From the human T2T-CHM13v2.0 reference genome, Homo sapiens, in the NCBI RefSeq assembly GCF_009914755.1, contig NC_060929.1: DNA of 64,000 nucleotides; one strand, written 5' to 3'. The notes beneath the pieces were generated by a model that was not told the origin of the DNA, searched no databases, and saw only the letters and a list, made by a program, of their open reading frames with translations. Shown here piece after piece: positions 62,736-64,000 of this stretch. The translations under genes were made by a program, and so were the position numbers. Position 1 is the stretch's first letter, and the number at the start of each line of letters is the position of its first letter.

Positions 62736-62995
62736 TTAACTCCATGGAAAATCCTTCCTGAATTCTCCGCAACTCTCTGTGGTGTTTACTAAGTGAAATA
62801 ACTTAGTGCCCTCCACAGCCTTCACTAACTTAGTATCCATTCGCTCTTCCAAATCAATAATAAACACATTAAATAACATTGGTCCCCATACAGACCCCAA
62901 ATGCACCACACTATTAACCTCTCTCCACTCCAGGAAACCAGCAGTCACTCTGTCTCCCACGGCTTAGCTGGTTTTGTAGAAATCTCCAGCCTTTG
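62736..62995 (-). mobile_element. Ancient CR1/L3 reverse-transcriptase core fragment (non-functional)
   Basis: ORF 62736-62960 WREVNSVVHLGSVWGPMLFNVFIIDLEERMDTKLVKAVEGTKLF aligns without gaps to the CR1 motif WxxVxSGVPQGSVLGPxLFNIFINDL...LxKFADDTKL. The catalytic FADD is lost. Confidence 0.85.
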
Positions 62996-63390
62996 ACTGC
63001 TCCTGCCCAGCTGAAAGAAGGGTCTAACTCCACTTCTGCTCTTTCCTGGTTAACACTGCAGGGCTCTCTGGTGGAAGCCTGCACCCCTGGGGCAGTGGCT
63101 GCAGGTAACACTAGTCTATTTGATGGGAGGCCTAAGAGTTTCAGCAAGGAAGGAAAGCAAGGTGGAAAAAAGTTTATTGTTCTTACTGAAAACCCAATTG
63201 CACTGCCATTTTTCAATTCCATTGAGAAATGTCAATGTTCTTTCCCACCGTCTGGTGGAGGCAGATTTGACCAGGTGTCTCCACACAGAGTGGGTTCTCA
63301 CAGTTGGGCTGCGTGTGTGTCATAAAGCTAAATAAGGAGCCAGTTCAGTCCGCCACCCCCCTTCGCTTCTGCCGGCCAGACACACTTCCC

Positions 63391-63773
63391 CATATGACAG
63401 TCTTATAAATAGCTGCTAAGCAGCTGGTCCTCCTCTCACCTCCTGACTCTGTCAGAATCCCCCACTAGAAGCCCCTGACAGTCATGCAGCTGGGAGCTCC
63501 CCTTTTCTCTTCTTCTCTCCTCTCCACTCCCTACCTCTGACATATGGCCGCCACCTCAACAATGCCCACTGAAACCAGCCAGGGACTGACTTCCATGGGA
63601 GAAGGGATCAAGCAGGCTGAGGGCTGGATCTGACCACTGAAGCAAACTGTCACCCAAGTAAACAGGGGAATGGAAGGTTGGGAGACACCACAGTGAGACA
63701 CCAGGCAGCCCACAGTACAGCGGCCAGATGGCTGACCCAGCAAAAATCCCAGGAATCTTTCTGGAGTGAGTCA
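63391..63773. promoter_or_regulatory. Candidate enhancer: MEF2, E-box, MEIS, FOX and AP-1 motif cluster
   Basis: Motif content only (see findings); no functional evidence. Confidence 0.35.
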
Positions 63774-64000
63774 AACATTATAAATATCTGTGGGACTCCG
63801 TGATGCTTCTAACTATATATGTACATATTCGAAAATAGTTTTGGACAAATAAATATAGGATGAAATGTATTATTATTAACTTTTACAAAGTTCCAACAAT
63901 GTGTTCAGAGTTCAAATGAGGGTAGGATTTAGGATAAAGAAAATACAGGAAACAATTAAAGATTTGGAAGCCAATACATGATAAGAAGATAATAAAACAG

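Noticed and set aside
62060-62995. Twin-priming 5' inversion of one CR1 element
   Set aside because: The inverted RT piece lies downstream of the sense 3' end, the wrong order for twin priming; more likely two elements.
1-64000. CRISPR array, operon, prophage or other prokaryotic system; host gene identity
   Set aside because: The sequence is primate genomic DNA with no repeat-spacer array or long ORFs. No recognisable exon allows naming a locus, and mixed L1/LTR orientation does not establish a host transcript strand.

Overview
Non-coding mammalian DNA from a simian primate, human-like (AluJ/AluS, THE1, MST and L1PA repeats; CpG-depleted, AT-rich). I find no protein-coding gene, RNA gene, CpG island or CRISPR array. 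The recognisable ORFs in the track are transposon remnants; the rest look like chance ORFs. Much of the window is interspersed repeat, often nested with readable target-site duplications (TSDs). Examples are a full-length THE1 inside an old L1, a full-length MLT1A0, MST LTRs inside L2s, and an MLT1D carrying both an Alu fragment and an MSTB. There are also Tigger1, Tigger3, MER5, MER58 and MER102 DNA transposons, several MIR/L2 copies and ancient CR1/L3 relics. The most unusual signal is an inverted pair of MER102 copies about 1.2 kb apart (52017-52246 and 53479-53734). They are about 90% identical in their core and share departures from the family consensus, implying gene conversion or local inverted duplication. 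Also notable are a possibly shattered long CR1 across 1.8-10.1 kb, a well-preserved CR1 reverse-transcriptase relic, and repeat-free blocks with enhancer-like motif clusters. Repeat subfamily names come from my recall of consensus sequences and boundaries without TSDs are approximate; both need RepeatMasker/Dfam confirmation.
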